Position numbers and translations under genes: made by a program
Assembly: GCF_009914755.1 (NCBI RefSeq)
Contig: NC_060940.1
Length of the DNA: 64,000 nucleotides
Origin: the human T2T-CHM13v2.0 reference genome, Homo sapiens
Direction: 5' to 3' (one strand)
Notes under the pieces: model-generated
Databases searched by the model: none
The model's input: only the letters and a program-made list of their open reading frames with translations
What the model was told of the DNA's origin: nothing
In this document: piece after piece, positions 1 to 20,968 of the stretch
Layout: every line of letters starts with the position of its first letter
Numbering within the stretch: position 1 is the stretch's first letter

Positions 1-700
1 GAACTCAAGCAATCCTCCCACCTGGACCTCCCAAAGTGCTGGGATCACAGGCATGAGCCACTACATTTGGCCAGCAACGTGGTTTTTGTTTGCTTACAAA
101 AAAAAAAGAAGACTACACAAAAGAAAAAAATGTACAACTAATTCAAGGGCTGCCTTAATTATTCCTCACTCTTTACCCTCGGCCCACATCATTTCCCTAC
201 AGGCTGATCCTTGCCCAGTCCACTCCTGATTCATGGCTGGTGAATAGGTGAGGGAGGAAAATGGAGAGAGCGAATACACAGAGTGACAGAGGGAGGAGAA
301 GTGAAAGGTCATAGGCATTCGCTGCAGCCATGCCTGTAGTACGTCCATCACCAGGCTTCAATTTATAGCAGCTACATGACTGCGTGTGTCAATCTCTAAC
401 TGGCTCATGTGCCAGACCAGAAGCTACTATTGGAAAATGCCCCTCTCTCGTCATGTCGTTTGCACAGTAATTCACTTAGATCTGAACTGAGTACAAATGA
501 GTGGTGCTCTAAGATCAAAGCACCAGGGTCTTTAAAATGATCTTCACTCTCCCCGCAACCTGCCCCGAACACGTGCATGCTCCTTTCACTTTCAATTCCA
601 AACTGCACCCTTCTAACGCTGGCCGAAAGGGAAAGTAAGCCCTGTTTTCGTTTCCTTTCAAATACTTGATGCTTTCCAATTTTATTCCTATTTTCCCTAA

Positions 701-1293
<593 letters not shown>

Positions 1294-1689
1294 GGACTAA
1301 GGCCCATGACTTTAGCAAGCGGGATGTTGTTTTCCACCTCCTGCTGCTGCCTCTTAAGGAACAGGGGCGCTTCTTCACCGCAGAGGAGACGGTTCTCCAT
1401 TCTAGGAATGGGTATGAACTTGCCTGAATAGTCTATGATGGGCAATGGGGACGTTCCATCTACATCTCATTATGAAAATCCCCAAAAACCTTACAAAACC
1501 ATATAATCGTGAAGTTTTAAGAAGTCTTAAATAGTTCTAATATATAATTCTCCACAAATCTTTTCTCTCTAAAAAACACTTATTTTTCTCATTTTGATAT
1601 GCCACTTCAAAGCTTTTCCCACTCCTTGAGTATATTTACTTTTCTCTCTCCTCTCTCTAGTGACTGAGCAGTGATTTTACCTTTACCTA

Positions 1690-1970
1690 TTTATTTAGAG
1701 ATGGAGGTCTCACTCTGTTGCCCAGGCTGGAGTGCAGGGGCACGATCAGGGCTCACTGCAGGCTCCACCTCTCAGGTTCAAACAATCCTCCTACCTCAGC
1801 CTCCAGAGTAGCTTGGACCAAAGATGCATGTCACCACACCCAGCTAATGTTTTTATTATTTGTAGAAATGAGGTCTCGCTGTTGCCCAGGCTGGTCTCAA
1901 ATGCCTGGGCTCAGGTGATCCTCCCGCCTCAGCCTCCCAAAGTGCTGGAATTATAAGTGTGAGCCACAGC
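1690..1970 (-). mobile_element. Alu (AluJ-like)
   Basis: Diverged antisense Alu consensus. Confidence 0.85.
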
Positions 1971-2501
1971 TTCCCACTAACAATTTCACTTTTTAAAGAG
2001 ATGGGTCATATTGTCCAGTAACATTTACATGAGATCCATGAAAAAAAAGTGAATATTATTCTTTAGAATAATAAACAATTCATATCACAAAATTAGCTTT
2101 AAAAGATTCCCGCTTGTAGGAGCTATTAGAATTTCAAAACTGCCCAGTTAAACATAACCTGGTTCATCCCAACGTTTTCATTTACATATAATTCAAAAAG
2201 ATTTACTTTTCCATAAATTTCAAATGCTCTTCAGATGAAGGAAACATTCATCATTACATCAAAGCAAGTGCAACTTCAATACTAAATTTCCTGATCTTTT
2301 ATACAATTAGACTGCAAGTGCTCATCTGAGACAGATTTAGAGAAAATTGCGGCTGATGCCCAGCTCTATGAAAGAGTTTTAAGAACTGAAATAACTTAAA
2401 AAAAATTAGAATCACAGAATGGGGGGAGATGAGAAAAAATTCATCCTAAATTAGAAATACGAACTCCTGCCCAAAGTGCAGGGTTTTTAAAAAATGGAAT
2501 T

Positions 2502-2647
2502 GTTAAACAGATTGAAATAATATTTAGAAACAACACCAGCTCACAAGGGTAGTAAAATACTAATTCTTAAAATCGTTAAACAGATTGAAATAATGTTTGT
2601 CAATAACACCAGCTCACAAGGATAGTAAAATACTAATTCTTAAAATC
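2502..2647. repeat. 73-bp tandem duplication (2 copies)
   Basis: gttaaacagattgaaataat...actaattcttaaaatc begins at 2502 and again at 2575. Confidence 0.92.
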
Positions 2648-3509
2648 CTCCCTCTTGCGCTATGCCTGCTTCTGAGTTGGCTGAGCAAGTTCCTTCCCTT
2701 CCCCAGGCTTCTAACAGTGAACATGATCTGGCAGCATTAGACACACCACAACTCCACTCCAGACCAAGATGGGTCTGGGTCAAACCCAGGACTTCTGCTT
2801 CAAATTAGGAGAGTTACCAAATTAAGACAATTCTGCCTCAACTGAGTCACCCTCCAGGGACAGCTGAGTCCATTTCCAGGGTAAGTACTGGGGTAGCTCT
2901 ACCCACCCCAGAGAGATGTATTTTATGGTCTGTCCTAAACAGAACTGGACCCCCAGAGAAGTTCCGAGATCAGCACAGCCTGCAGCTGACCCTCGGGAGA
3001 GGGTCAATTCAGGGCATTTGCTGACCAAAAGGATGGATCTCCCTCACCGGGAGGTGGACTGCAACCTCCCAAACACTTTGCCACTGTAGCTAATGTGTGC
3101 AAACATTTACTTTGTGAATTTGTATCTTAGTAGCTTCACTAAGTCAGCAAAATCCAATCTCTGAATCTTTTTGTGGTGACTGAACTAACTCTATGTTGCA
3201 CTTTTGGTGAAAAACTGCAACATAGAATTTAATTAATTCTTTAATTAAATGGGTTAAGGGAAAAACCGTGGCAATAATTTTTTTTTTCCTCTTTCACTTT
3301 TGGGATTTGAGGTCTTCAAATAAGTTTTTCTAATTGTAGGGAAAACAAAGTCTTTTAATAATTACCATTAATGATTTATAATTTAAGCAGTTTAGGAAAT
3401 AAAAAATGCATAGAACATGATATTCTCATACCCAGACAAGCTCATATCCCACCTGCACCCCTTTACAGTCAAGGATGATTTTGCATCTCCTTTCCTCACT
3501 TAAGTGCCT

Positions 3510-3571
3510 TTTTTGCCAACTAGGATAACTCATATAATGAATTTTTGCCAACTAGGAAAACTCATATAATG
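3510..3571. repeat. 32-bp tandem duplication
   Basis: tttttgccaactagga(t/a)aactcatataatg at 3510 and 3542. Confidence 0.9.
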
Positions 3572-3826
3572 GCTTTTTTTAAATCTGGTTTTTCTAATAA
3601 TAAAATCATATCTGTTGCAAAAAAAAAACAAAGCAAAAAAAATATTAGTACAAGTTCCTCTAATCCCACTGTAAAGAACACGCGCTATATATAAATTTGT
3701 ATATATCCTTCAATGCATGTATTATTATCTCTCTAGACCCACATTATTAAACACGCTATTTTATGGAAAATGAGATCATGTTTTACATATGGTACAGTTG
3801 CTTGCTTTTTTCAATTCACAGTTCAT

Positions 3827-4167
<341 letters not shown>

Positions 4168-4565
4168 CTATCTCATTCTTACAAATGGTTACAACTATTC
4201 CACCATAAGGACAGACCATAATTTCCACCTAATAGATGTTCAAGTGATTTCCCACTTTCTGCTATTACAAGAAAGACAGTAACCAAGATTCTCATACATA
4301 CATTTTTGTACTTGTGCAAATATTGCCATAGGGTAAATCCCTAAAAGTGAAAGGACTTGGTCAAATGGCATGACATGTGAAATTCTGAAGATATGCAAAA
4401 TGTCCTCAAAAAGGTTTCTGCAATTCGTAGTCCCACCAACAGTGTTTCAGAGGGCCTGCGTTCCCTTTCCTCTCACCACCAACAACTAGAATCAATTTTT
4501 TCATCTTTACGAATCAAAGAGATTTTTCAAATTTTTATTCTTATTTCAATATGCTGTTGTTGTAA

Positions 4566-4566
<1 letters not shown>

Positions 4567-4599
<33 letters not shown>
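4567..4599. repeat. (TTA)n microsatellite
   Basis: ttattattatt..., about 11 units. Confidence 0.9.
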
Positions 4600-4799
4600 G
4601 GGGGATTGTACATTTAGCCCACCGCACACTAGCTGCATGACCTAGAGAAGTAATTTAATATCCCGGTTCCTTGGTTGTAAAATGCAGATAATGAAAGTAA
4701 CATCTACTTCTCGGGGGAGCCGTGAAGATGTAATGAGCGAAGGCATCTCAGACACTTGGTGCCGAGTCTGACAGAGTGGGGCTTCAACAAAGGTTGGAA

Positions 4800-4857
4800 G
4801 AACAACGAATAAATAGAATATATTCTATGAACAATGAATAAATGGAATATATTCTAT
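4800..4857. repeat. 29-bp tandem duplication containing a 16-bp palindrome
   Basis: gaacaa(c/t)gaataaat(a/g)gaatatattctat x2; atagaatatattctat at 4813-4828 is self-complementary. Confidence 0.88.
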
Positions 4858-5110
4858 CAGGGTGACTTACCAGAGTTACCTCACTCATCACCAATTTGGC
4901 TGCTGTTCAATTTTTGCTATTCTCAATTATATTCGTATCATTGAGTAAATTATTCTCTTGTATCTACAGGACCATCTTCTAAGGCGACTCTCCCAGGATT
5001 CGGACAGTGTTACAGTTCTTACTTCTGTTCTTTAGAAGAAGTGAACCAGCAACAACAGGCCACCCATCAAGTTTTAGAAAATTTTCTCTGCCTTAAAAAG
5101 TATATAATGC

Positions 5111-5440
5111 GGCCAGGCATGGTGGCTCACACTTGTAATCCCAGCACTTTGGGAGGCTGAGGCAGGTGGATCACTTGAGGGCAGGAGTTTGAGACCAGTC
5201 TGCCCAAGATGGTGAAACCCTGTCTCTACTAAAAGTACAAAAAAATTAGCCAGGCGTGGTGGCACATGCCTGTAATCCCAGCCACTCAGGAGGGTGAGGC
5301 ACAAGAATTGCTTGAACCCGGGAGGCAAAGGTTGCAGTGAGTTAAGATTGCGCTACTGCACTCCAGCCTCGACAACAGAGTGAGACTCTGTCTCAAAAAA
5401 ATATGTATGTGTGTGTATGTGTGTGTGTGTGTGTGTGTGT
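5111..5440 (+). mobile_element. AluS followed by (TG)n microsatellite
   Basis: Full Alu 5111-5402, then a tgtgtg run to 5440. Confidence 0.9.
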
Positions 5441-5829
5441 ACTTTTAAGGCATTCTCTTTTGTACTTTTAAAATTACTAGTAAGGACATACATTTCCATA
5501 TCACTCACTGTTTGTTGTATAGAAAATAAGCTTTATCGTTATAATTTTCACGCATATATTTTTCTCCAAATTATGACCTGGAAAAAAAACTTGCAGCTAG
5601 TAACTGGAAAACTGGGTAACATATATTTATAAAAGACAAACACACATGTATTTCTTATATGTGGCTTTTCTCTACCAGTAAAGAATAGGATGTGGATGAA
5701 AGTTTCAAATAATATTATGTTATAAACCTTATATAATTACTGAACTCAACAAAACTTTTGAAAAATAACCAAGTAGAAGTTATTTTTAGAAACCTGGAAT
5801 GTCATTCCACCTAACAGAAATTAAAACTG

Positions 5830-6648
5830 GCTGGGCCTGGTGGCTCACACCTGTAATCCCAGTGCTTTCGAAGACCAAGGCAGGAGGATCGCTTGAGTCC
5901 AGGAGTTCAAGTCCAGCCTGGGCAACATAGAGAGATCCTTTCTCTTTAAAAAGAAAAAAGCGAAGTGCAGTGGCTCACACCTGTAATCCTATCACTTTGG
6001 GAGGCCGAGGCAGGAGGACTACTTGACCCCAGGAGTTCCAGACCAGCCTGAGTAACATAAGACCCCATCTACACACAAAAATACATAAAAATGAGCTGGG
6101 TGTGATGATGCATGCATGTAGTCCTAGCTACTCAGGAGTCTGAGATGGGAGGATTACTTTGAGCCCAGAAGGTCAAGGCTTCAGTGAGCCATGATCAGAC
6201 CACTGCACTCCAGTCTTGGCAACAGAGAGAGTCTCCGTCTCAAAAAATAAAATAATAATAATAATAAAAACCAAGATAAATAATATAACCACAACTTTTC
6301 TTGACCCATCAAAGAGGCGGGGTTACAAAGTAACCAAGTAGTAGCCAGGCGTGGTGGCTCACACCTGTAATCCCGGCACTTTGGGAGGCCCAGGTGGGCA
6401 GATCACTTGAGGCCAGGAGTTCGAGGCCAGCCTGGCCAATATGGTAATATCCCATCTCTCCTAAAAATACAAAAATCAGCCAGCCATGGTGATCCATGTC
6501 TGTAATCCTAGCTACTCGGGAGGCTGAGGCGGGAGAATCAATTGAACCCGGGAAGCGGAGGTTGCAGTGAGCAGAGATGGTGCTACTTGCACTCCAGCCT
6601 GGGCAACAAAAGCGAAACTCAGTCTCCAAAAAAAAAAAAAAAAAAAAT
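5830..6648 (+). mobile_element. Alu cluster (monomer 5830-5960, AluJ 5962-6270, AluS 6343-6648)
   Basis: Three sense Alu consensus matches with A-tails. Confidence 0.88.
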
Positions 6649-6649
6649 C

Positions 6650-7900
6650 AAAAAAGTTGAAAACAGATCAATATCTGGCATTGAGGCTTTTAAAAAGTCA
6701 AATCCAAAATTCCTTATAAAGGTTCCTGCAAAGCCAACTTAAAAAGGGTCCGTATGGTGGATCACAATTCTTGCTACATTTGATGCAAATCTTCAGGCCA
6801 AGTATAAAGCAACTAAAATTTGTTTTGCAAATAAATTGGTCTTACTATTATATATATAATTTATCCCTGGTAGAAATGGGGAAACTGGAGAAAGAAAAAT
6901 TTAGATTCTAGCCTTAACCATTGTTTGTGAGTTTTTATTATCTGCCTACAATTTGGGCTAATCCTGAACCATTTCCTGGCTGCAACAAGTCTCTAAAGAA
7001 GAACCGAGTTTTAATTTTCATCATGATGCATTTTAGTTGGCTTCTTAACAGAATACGTTCTTTTTTCATTGTTGTTCTGGCCCACGAATTCTGGGGTTTT
7101 TTTGTTTGGTTTTTGAGACAGAGTCTCACTGTCATCCAGGCGGGAGTGCGGTGGTGCGGTCTCGGCTCCCTGCAACCTCCACCTCCCGGGTTCAAGGGAT
7201 TCTTGCGCCTCAGCCTCCTGAGTAGCTGGGATTACAGGCGATTCTCTTTCTATTGCAATCTCTGTGTGCACAGAATTCTACTATCCGAGTGATCGATGTT
7301 ATATATCTCACATTGTTTTGCCTATTCTGACAGAACCAAAGCCACTGCATTCTGAAGACTGAAGACGATTTAAAAGCCTGTGAATCTCCCTTGTTTGGAA
7401 TCCCACTGGGCCGGATCTGTTTTCCATGACCAAGGCACTGCTGCTAAAGCTATACAGTATCAAGCACCCTCCTTAAAGGCTCAGGGACCATGAAGGAAGA
7501 AGAGGACATGTGAGATTACAAGAGCTGGATTACAAGAGTGGACTGTGGAGGCTGAAGTAGCTCCATCGTGGATGCTACTCCGCCATGTGGCTTCTGATTA
7601 ACCCCAGTTCCAGGAAACCCTCTGAGATTTCCAGCTTATGCGCTGTTCCTCGTGTAAGACCAAGAACTTACCATAAAGCCTGACCTTAGGTCAAACAACT
7701 TTGAAGTTATTGTACTCACACTGACCTACACATCCCTCTGAATCACCCCTTCCCTACGGTATACAAGCCCTGGGACCAGGGGATAATGGTGCAGGGATCC
7801 ACTGTCTCTTCTCGCTGCAGCCCCAGTTCACAGACTAATGAACAGAAGCTTGAGAACAGACATAGCTTCTGTGCATAAGCCCCTATTAAATGTTTCTAAG
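6650..7900 (+). mobile_element. ERV1 (MER4-group) internal remnant plus LTR (MER83/MER84-like, ~7545-7900), with a truncated antisense Alu at 7100-7240
   Basis: gtagctccatcgtggatgctactccgccatgtggcttctgattaaccccagttccagg resembles the MER84-type LTR start; the upstream block resembles MER4-group internal sequence. Family assignment is from memory. Confidence 0.55.
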
Positions 7901-7904
7901 AAAA

Positions 7905-10761
<2,857 letters not shown>

Positions 10762-11345
10762 TAACCACTAAATTAATTTTTTAAACCCCAGAGGAACATT
10801 AATTTACAGCAGAAGAGGTAAGGGAAAACTGGATGTACTGGCAAGAAATGTACCCGGTCCCATGTGTGCAATCTGTCAACATGTAAATACTGAGCGTCTG
10901 CTAAACACCATACACCAGGGACACAAAAATGTTGCAAAATGTGTCCTGGAGAGCTCAGTGAAGGGGAGACACAACTCCAAAGACCCATTAACGCAAAAGG
11001 AGGTAAAAAGAGACCTGGCAAGGAATGGCGGCTGGGGCAGCGGGGGGGCCAGGCGGGAGGGCTCAGGAAAAGCTTTCCAACGGAGATGCTACTGGATCTT
11101 GTAAGGTGGGCAGGGGTCCAACCTGCACAGATACCTGGCTAATGAGAGTATCTGGCTTATTTGGGAAAAATGCAGGCAGTGTTTTTTGGAGAAACAGATA
11201 AATTTTAAGTCTGGAAGAGTTCATAGGGGTTCTATTATCCTGAAATGCATCGCTGTTATTTCTTTAAGTGACAGATATCTAGTTAATGAGGAGAAAAGGC
11301 AGGCACAAAAGCACAACGTGATGACAGAGCAAATGCAAAATAACA

Positions 11346-12387
11346 GCTGGGTGGCGTAGCACATGCCTGTGGTCCCAGCTACTTGGGAGGCTGAGGTGGG
11401 AGGATCACTTGAGCCCACGAGTTCGAGGCTGCAGTGCGCTACCATCACACCTGTGAACAGCCACTGTACTGCAGCCTGTGCAACACAGCAAGACCCCTGT
11501 CTTACAAAACAAAAATGCAAAACAAAATTAGTGCCCAATTTCTCAGGTTTATGCCTAGTTGCTAATCTGTGACATCTCTGTTAGAAAAGCTAACAAGAGC
11601 CTAAAAGAAAAATTCAAGTCAGCTCCAGGACTGATGGTGGCAAATCTACAACTCCTTCCACTTAAAAATTCAACAAAATAAGAGATTTAGATTTTTGCAT
11701 TTTTGTGTGCCCAAAGAAAAAGGCTCCAGTTTTCTGTTTCGTGTTCCATCAGCTTACATAACCTAACTCGTCCCACACAAAGACAGACGAATGATTTTTC
11801 TTGCAGATGAAATATTCCCAAGCTCTCGCCTCTAAGGTCTAAGTGGATCTTGTGATAACCAGCACAAAGTGAGGCTGGGGATTTGAAAAGAAAATACCAG
11901 AAATGGTTACCAAAAACTGACAAGAGCACCCAAACAGCAACTGTGATCGCTAGAAGATGCACTGACAAATTAAGGAGCCATTAATTAGTTTCAAAGAGAA
12001 CCAAATGGCATCAATAATTTTTTTTTTAGACAAGGTCTTGCTCTGTTGCCCAGGCTGCAGTGCATCAATAATTAAGAATCAGCCTCCTGGCTGGGGGCGG
12101 TGGCTCACGCCTGTAATCCCAGCACTTTGGGAGGCCAAGGGAGGAGGATCACCTGAGGTGAGGAGTCCGAGACCAGCTTGGCCAACATGGTGAAACCCCG
12201 TCTCTACTAAAAATACAAAAATTAGCCGGGCATGGTGGCAGGCACCTGTAATCCCAGCTACTCAGGGGACTGAAGAAGGAGAATCGCTTGAACCTCAGAG
12301 GTGGACGTTGCAGTGAGCCGAGATCACGCCATTGCATTCCAGCCTGGGGGACAAGGTTGAGACTTCGTCTCAAAAAAAAAAAAAAAA
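11346..12387. mobile_element. Alu right monomer 11346-11520 (+), micro-Alu 12020-12062 (-), AluS 12088-12387 (+)
   Basis: Alu consensus; TSDs gcatcaataatt and aagaatcagcctcct. Confidence 0.85.
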
Positions 12388-13012
12388 GAATCAGCCTCCT
12401 TTCTGTACACGCTTTCCACAGCTAGCATGCGGACTCACTGGACTACAGGGTGTAAGATGAGGCCAACTGTAAGCCCTATACAGGGAAGTTACAGTTTTGT
12501 TCAAAACTCACTCACAATTGGGAACAGCCTGAGACCATGCCTGCATGGAACAGCACAGCCTTGTCCCCCTCCGAGGACACTTCCTGTGACATCTGGAGAG
12601 ATGAGCAGATTCACGAGGCCCAGGAGGGTTTTCAGGTGGTCTTTCTGGCTGTAGAGAGATCAAACACACCCTTCCCCAACGTCCTTTAGGAGTAAATGAC
12701 CAATTTAGCAACAATGAGCACTCAAGAAGTACGCCAGCATTCTCTTTATTATGATTATTTCCTGCACATTACATCATGCCTTCTTTTCTTACAGCGGGAA
12801 AACACCCACACACACGCACACAGGTATATGCACACACACACATCAAAAGTTACTGTAACTCCTAAGCAGAGAATAGGCATATTTTTGGCCTTTACCTTTC
12901 AGTCCAATTTTTTAAAATGAGATATAAAAACTGAAAAGGAGGGGATTTTAAATTTATATGATTTTCTGCCAAGAAAAATCTAAGGCTATCTGATTTTTAA
13001 AAATCAGACACA

Positions 13013-15003
<1,991 letters not shown>

Positions 15004-15539
15004 CATATGACACCATTATATCTATATATATTTATATGCATTGATATATATTTGATTTTGAATAAATATTTGATATATATCGTATATGCACTGAAAAAGT
15101 CTAAAAACCTCATGTTGAAACATTCAAAATGGCTATCTCTAGTTGGTAAATGTTTTTTTAATCTTCTTTTTGCTTATCTGTCTTTTCTAAAACACCAAAA
15201 ACATGTTTCACTTTTATAATAAAAAATTAATAAAAATAAGATGGTCACCCCCTTTGCCATCTGCCTAAACAGAGAGCTTCAAAAGTCACACATTCCTTAA
15301 AGCTGCAGTATTTACAAAGGAAAGAAAAACCTTCAAGCAATCTAAAAAGCTCAAACAGGAAATGATTAAACTATGGCATATTAATTCAAAGAAATACTAT
15401 ATTATGTAGATGCACAGGAAAATCCCCATGAAATAGCAACAGAAAACTGAAACACAAAATGACCAACATCAATTTTAACAAAGAAAAAAATTACCACTTG
15501 TACCTAAGAATTTAAAGAAGTTAACAGAGGTAATTTTTC

Positions 15540-15854
<315 letters not shown>

Positions 15855-16989
15855 AACGGAAGAAATTTTTCTAATAGGCTTCAGAGAATTATGTGTTTTG
15901 ACCTTTCCATTAATGTCTTATATAAAATTAGTTTGACAGAAACAATAAAAAATATATACACCTTCAGAATCATGACGGCGTTCTCCAGGCCTCTACCAGA
16001 AACATTTTTTTCGTTTTTTTTTTTTTTGTAAAAATATCAATTTTATGCTCCAAAAACATTCCACATGGCAACCAAGGTCCCGTAGAGAGCACTTTTTCCC
16101 CCTTGCCTCTTCTTTAAACTCCTAATTCAAAATTTTGGTTTCTGATAACCTGCTCAGGATAAAAAGAAAATCTCACATAGAAATGCCTTTACTACAGGGA
16201 AATGGAGCAAGAAATTTCCCTTGTCTCTGGGATTGCTTTTTTCTGTTTTCTGGTTAAGGAAAACATTTCAAAGTTCATAAAAACAAGGAACTAAAATTAG
16301 AGAGATGAGAACTGAACCTTGACTCGAGGTAGGGAAAACACTATTTTTAAACCGAGAAATATTTCTAGGTCTGTGCTTTATGAGAAAGGAAGACGAGCGT
16401 GCTCATGTGTGTGGATGGTGTGGCCTGGGGAGGGACGGTGGCAGGAGAAAACCATCTCCCGCAGCGGGGCATTCCCTGCACCTCACACACATCTGCTCTC
16501 GTGGAACACAAACTGGAACTAATCAGCAGGCGGCACCTGGGAATTCTAGTCACTTAACAGCAGGGAGAAGGTTGCACGTTGCTCACAGCAGATCATGAAG
16601 CCATCTCCACCTCCTGCTGTCACCATCCTCAGAACCAGCAGTGGCTCCATGGCTCCCTGACTCCAGAGGAGCTGGCCGCACAGGAGACCCTCTGTCATTC
16701 CTGCAGAACAGCTAATGCTTTGCAGAGCTCCAGATGTAAGTTTAAGAAATACGTTTGTTATAAGGTTTCTTAACAAGACACATCAGTGATATCTAAGACT
16801 CTTAACAGGTGACTATTAAAGAAATAAATCTCTTCCACATATTAAAACCACATTCATCCTGACAGTCATAGCCCAGCTCGAAAGCCTTCGAGAGTGCTTT
16901 TACCTCCCACCACATCAAATCTAGATTTCTTCCTTTCATCCTGACACCCACATGTTCAACATCACAGCACATGCGGGGAGCCCCCAGGG

Positions 16990-17180
16990 TGCAGGAGGGG
17001 AGGAGGGCGCTGTGTCTGCAGGGGCGTGTGGGTAAAAGCAAGAGAGGGTGTAACGGTGGGTGGGGGGAGGGTGCTGTGTCTGCAGGGGCGTGTGGGTAAG
17101 AGCAAGAGGGGGGCAGCAGGGGAGGAGGGCGCTGTGTCTGCAGTGGCGTGTGGGTAAGAGCAAGAAAGGGGGCGGCGGGG
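16990..17180. repeat. G-rich ~60-bp minisatellite, 3 copies
   Basis: gaggg(c/t)gctgtgtctgcag(g/t)ggcgtgtgggtaa(a/g)agcaaga repeated three times with G-run spacers. Confidence 0.88.
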
Positions 17181-17391
17181 GAGTCTTGGAGAAGGGAGGG
17201 GTGCGGAGGGGCACTGCCTTGTGAGGTCACTGGTGGTGATGTGGGTTCCAAGCAGCAAGAAAAAGGGATTGAGGCCAAGCTGGAGAACTGAAGGCAAGTC
17301 ACGCACAGGCAGAGTTGGTTAAATGATCCAATTTCACAAGTTTCTCCTAGAACAAGCAGCTACATTTTCATTTTTTAAAATGCTGCATGAA

Positions 17392-17695
17392 GGTTGGGCA
17401 GTGGCTCACACCTGTAATCCCAGCACTTTGGGAGACTGAGGCAAGAGTGTCACTTGACACCAGGAGTTAAAGACCAGCCTCGGCAACATAGCGAGACCCT
17501 GTCTCTACAAAAAAAAAATTGAAAATTAGCCAGGCATGGTGGTACACGACTGTATTCCCAGATACTCAAGAGGCTGAGGCAGGAGGATGGCTAGAGCCCA
17601 GGAGATCAAGGCTACAGTGAGCCACTATTGCCACTGCACACCAGCCAGGGCAACAGAACAGGACCCTGTCTCAAAAGAAAAAAAACAAACAAAAT
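17392..17695 (+). mobile_element. AluJ-like
   Basis: Diverged sense Alu. Confidence 0.85.
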
Positions 17696-17851
17696 TCTAT
17701 GTTTTAACTAAAGTCACAGCCACTAATGCATTGCATCCCTAAGAATCATTTTCTTTCTTCATGTCCTCCCCGTTCCCACACACCTACCTTCCTTACCAGC
17801 AGAAGCCTGATTCTGCTTGGGGTATCTCCCTTCTACCTGCTTAGGAAGGAG

Positions 17852-18078
17852 ATGCACACACGCACACACACACATGCATGCATGCACACAGGCACACCCA
17901 TGCAAGCACGCACACACACATGCAGGCACACCCACGCATGCACGCACACATATATGCACACCCATGCACACCCATGCATGCATGCACACATATATGCACA
18001 CCCACGCATGCACGCACACACATGCACACCCACGCATGGACGCACACGCACACACACCATGCATGCGCACACACAGCC
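17852..18078. repeat. Complex (CA)/CATG alternating purine-pyrimidine repeat
   Basis: atgcacacacgcacacacacacatgcatgcatgcacacaggcacacccatgc..., about 225 nt. Confidence 0.9.
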
Positions 18079-18179
18079 CACCCGCAGTAAGTAGCTGGAG
18101 CAGGGTAAGTTCACCCCAATGGGGCTTCCCTCCCCTTTCCAGTAACTAAGGAGGATGTGGCACATGGCCCCGCCTTGGC

Positions 18180-18525
18180 CAAAGGGAGCTGAGAGATGTC
18201 TGCTTAGTTTCCATGCCAGTAAAATAAGACATGCAGGATTGGAAAAGCCCCTCTTCTTTACTAGATATCACTGTGTCATTCGGAATGGCTGCAGCCACTT
18301 TGTGCCACAAGGGAAGACATCTCCCACGTGGCAAAGACAGCAGAGAGCAAAGATGAAAAGCACCTGGGGTCCTGGAAATGTCATCACACCTCTGAATTAA
18401 TCAACCCTGGAACTGCCATACTTCTTGTTACATGAGATAGTAAATGCGTTTTTTTGTTTGTTTGTTTTAGGTAATTTTAGTTAGGTTTTCGTTAACTCAC
18501 AACAAAAACCATCTTAACCAATATA
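18180..18525 (+). mobile_element. Old MaLR LTR (MLT1J/K-like)
   Basis: ccctggaactgcc...cttcttgttacatgaga...ttaggttttcgttaac...aaccatcttaaccaata resembles an MLT1 3' end. Confidence 0.5.
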
Positions 18526-18619
18526 ACATGCTTATTTTATCAAAACATAAAGTCTTTTTTTTAGAAAAATCACCTATACATAAGTTTTCTGTTTGTGTGG
18601 GATACAAAAGTGTCTTTCC

Positions 18620-19300
18620 ACTAGTGTGGCTATAATAAAAAAGACGAACAGCAGCAAGTGTTTATGGAGACGTGGGGAAATCAGGGCCCGCACACACTCT
18701 GGTGGGAAGAGAAAATGGCATAGCCACTTTAAAACAAACTCCAGACATTCCTCAAAAAGTTAAACAGAGTTACCATATGACCCAGCAATTCCACTCCTAG
18801 GTACATACCCAAGAGAAATGAAAACATATGTCCACAGGAAAACGTGTCTGCCAACATTCATAGAAACACTATTCATCATAGTCAAAAAGTGAAACAACCC
18901 AAATATCCATCAACTGAGGAATGGATAATCAACAAAGATAAACAAAACGCAATGGAATATTATTCAGCCATGAAAAGGAAGAAAGCACTAATACATGCTA
19001 CACCATGGGTGAACCCAGAAAACATTAGGCTCAGTGAGAGAAGCCAGTCATGAAGGGCCACATATGATGTGATTCCATTTTTATGAAATGTCCAGAACAG
19101 GCAAATGCAAAGAGACAGAAAGCAGCTTAGGGGCTGCCAGGGGCTGGGAGCACTGGGGGTGGCAGCTCGGGTGTGCCGGGCTTCTCTGTCGAGTGAAGAA
19201 AACGTCCCCAAATTGTCTGTAGTGATGGATGTCAAAGTATAGGAACTGTACACTTAAACTGCTGAATTGTGTGACATGTGAATTACATCTCAATAAAGCT
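18620..19300 (+). mobile_element. L1M 3' end/UTR fragment
   Basis: ccatatgacccagcaattccactcctaggtacatacccaagagaaatgaaaacatatgtccac...gtgaattacatctcaataaagc. Confidence 0.85.
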
Positions 19301-19366
19301 TTCTTTTGTTTGTTTTGTGTTTTTCTTTTTGACACAGGGTCTCACCCTGTCACCCAGGCTGGGTGA

Positions 19367-20776
<1,410 letters not shown>

Positions 20777-20968
20777 TCAGCTGAGGTGGTATAGAAAAAG
20801 CAACTCCTGGTCAGAGCAGGGAGGAACTCATCTAAAGGGGAGGCTCCCAAGAGCTGTAGCAGAGGGTCACCAAAGGAGGGGAACTCCATGTGGGATTCCA
20901 ACCCTGACTGGTTACATGGAAGTGAACAGGACCTCGTCGAAGAGGGAGAGGTCTGCGTTGCCTCCAAG

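Noticed and set aside
17726-18165. His/Thr- and Cys/Val-rich ORFs in six frames
   Set aside because: Translations of the (CA)/CATG simple repeat.
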